From the NCBI RefSeq assembly GCF_001194135.2, contig NC_068992.1:66512851-66576850 (forward strand): 64,000 nt of DNA. The letters are read 5' to 3'. The position numbers and the translations under genes are program-made. Below, in pieces: positions 63,481 to 64,000 of the stretch. Each line of letters starts with the position of its first letter. Within the stretch, counting starts at the first letter, position 1. Source of the stretch: Octopus bimaculoides. Taxonomy: Eukaryota. Under the pieces are notes generated by a model, which was not told where the DNA came from, did no database searches, and was given only the letters and a program-made list of their open reading frames with translations.

Positions 63481-64000
63481 GACAATCTTGCTCTCTCACC
63501 CATTCAGATTTAGACTGCATACATAAAGGGACATAATGCAGTCCAGCACTCAACTATCACCTTGTCTGATAAGCATCATCATCATCGTTTAACGTCCGCT
63601 TTCCATGCTAGCATGGGTTTGGAGTTTATTGTGAAGAAAAGAAGAGGTCTGGTGTTTCAGTATTATTTATTTAGTTGTGAATGCTCTGAACTGGTTTTGT
63701 CCAGTTCTATATTTCACTTGGTCTTATTTAATGCCTTACTGTATGGAGAGTTCTCATTTATCTCCCTTCCTAAACTAGGCCGTTAAGAAGAAAACGTACT
63801 TAATGCTTCTTACAAGGAGCATTTAAGAATTTATTTTTTGACAATTATATAACTACTAGCTTAAGCTAGTAGTTAGCTTTTAAGCAACCGACCAAGATCT
63901 GCAAACAGATTTTGTTGTAATTGCTTCCCAATGATGATCGTTGCAAAAAATCGTGTAAAAAAAATCGCTGAAAACAATTGCAGTAATGAAAACATAGGAA

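Overview
AT-rich eukaryotic (animal) genomic DNA with long introns, abundant microsatellites, SINE/LINE/MITE relics and five assembly gaps. The repeat landscape looks like octopus/cephalopod DNA (inference only). The main gene is a + strand Ack-like/PR2 (ACK/TNK2 family) non-receptor tyrosine kinase. Ten GT-AG exons from 36905 to 63163 splice in consistent phase and encode kinase, SH3 and CRIB regions; the gene continues past the window end. A candidate 6-codon first coding exon (MAWFKK, 16747-16764) lies in a CpG-retaining promoter-like zone and would give an isoform without the usual N-terminal SAM domain. Nearly all ORFs in the supplied track are repeat or microsatellite artefacts. The most unusual element is an intronic fold-back at 32208-32640: two head-to-head copies of a tRNA-headed, (AAT)n-linked unit whose tail carries a Penelope-type minimal hammerhead ribozyme motif, intact antisense to the gene and degenerate in the sense strand. 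Also notable are a SINE flanked by a 57-bp direct repeat, a SINE family with a variable internal VNTR, a SINE-seeded 39-bp minisatellite and further intronic inverted repeats. There is no CRISPR array or prokaryotic system.
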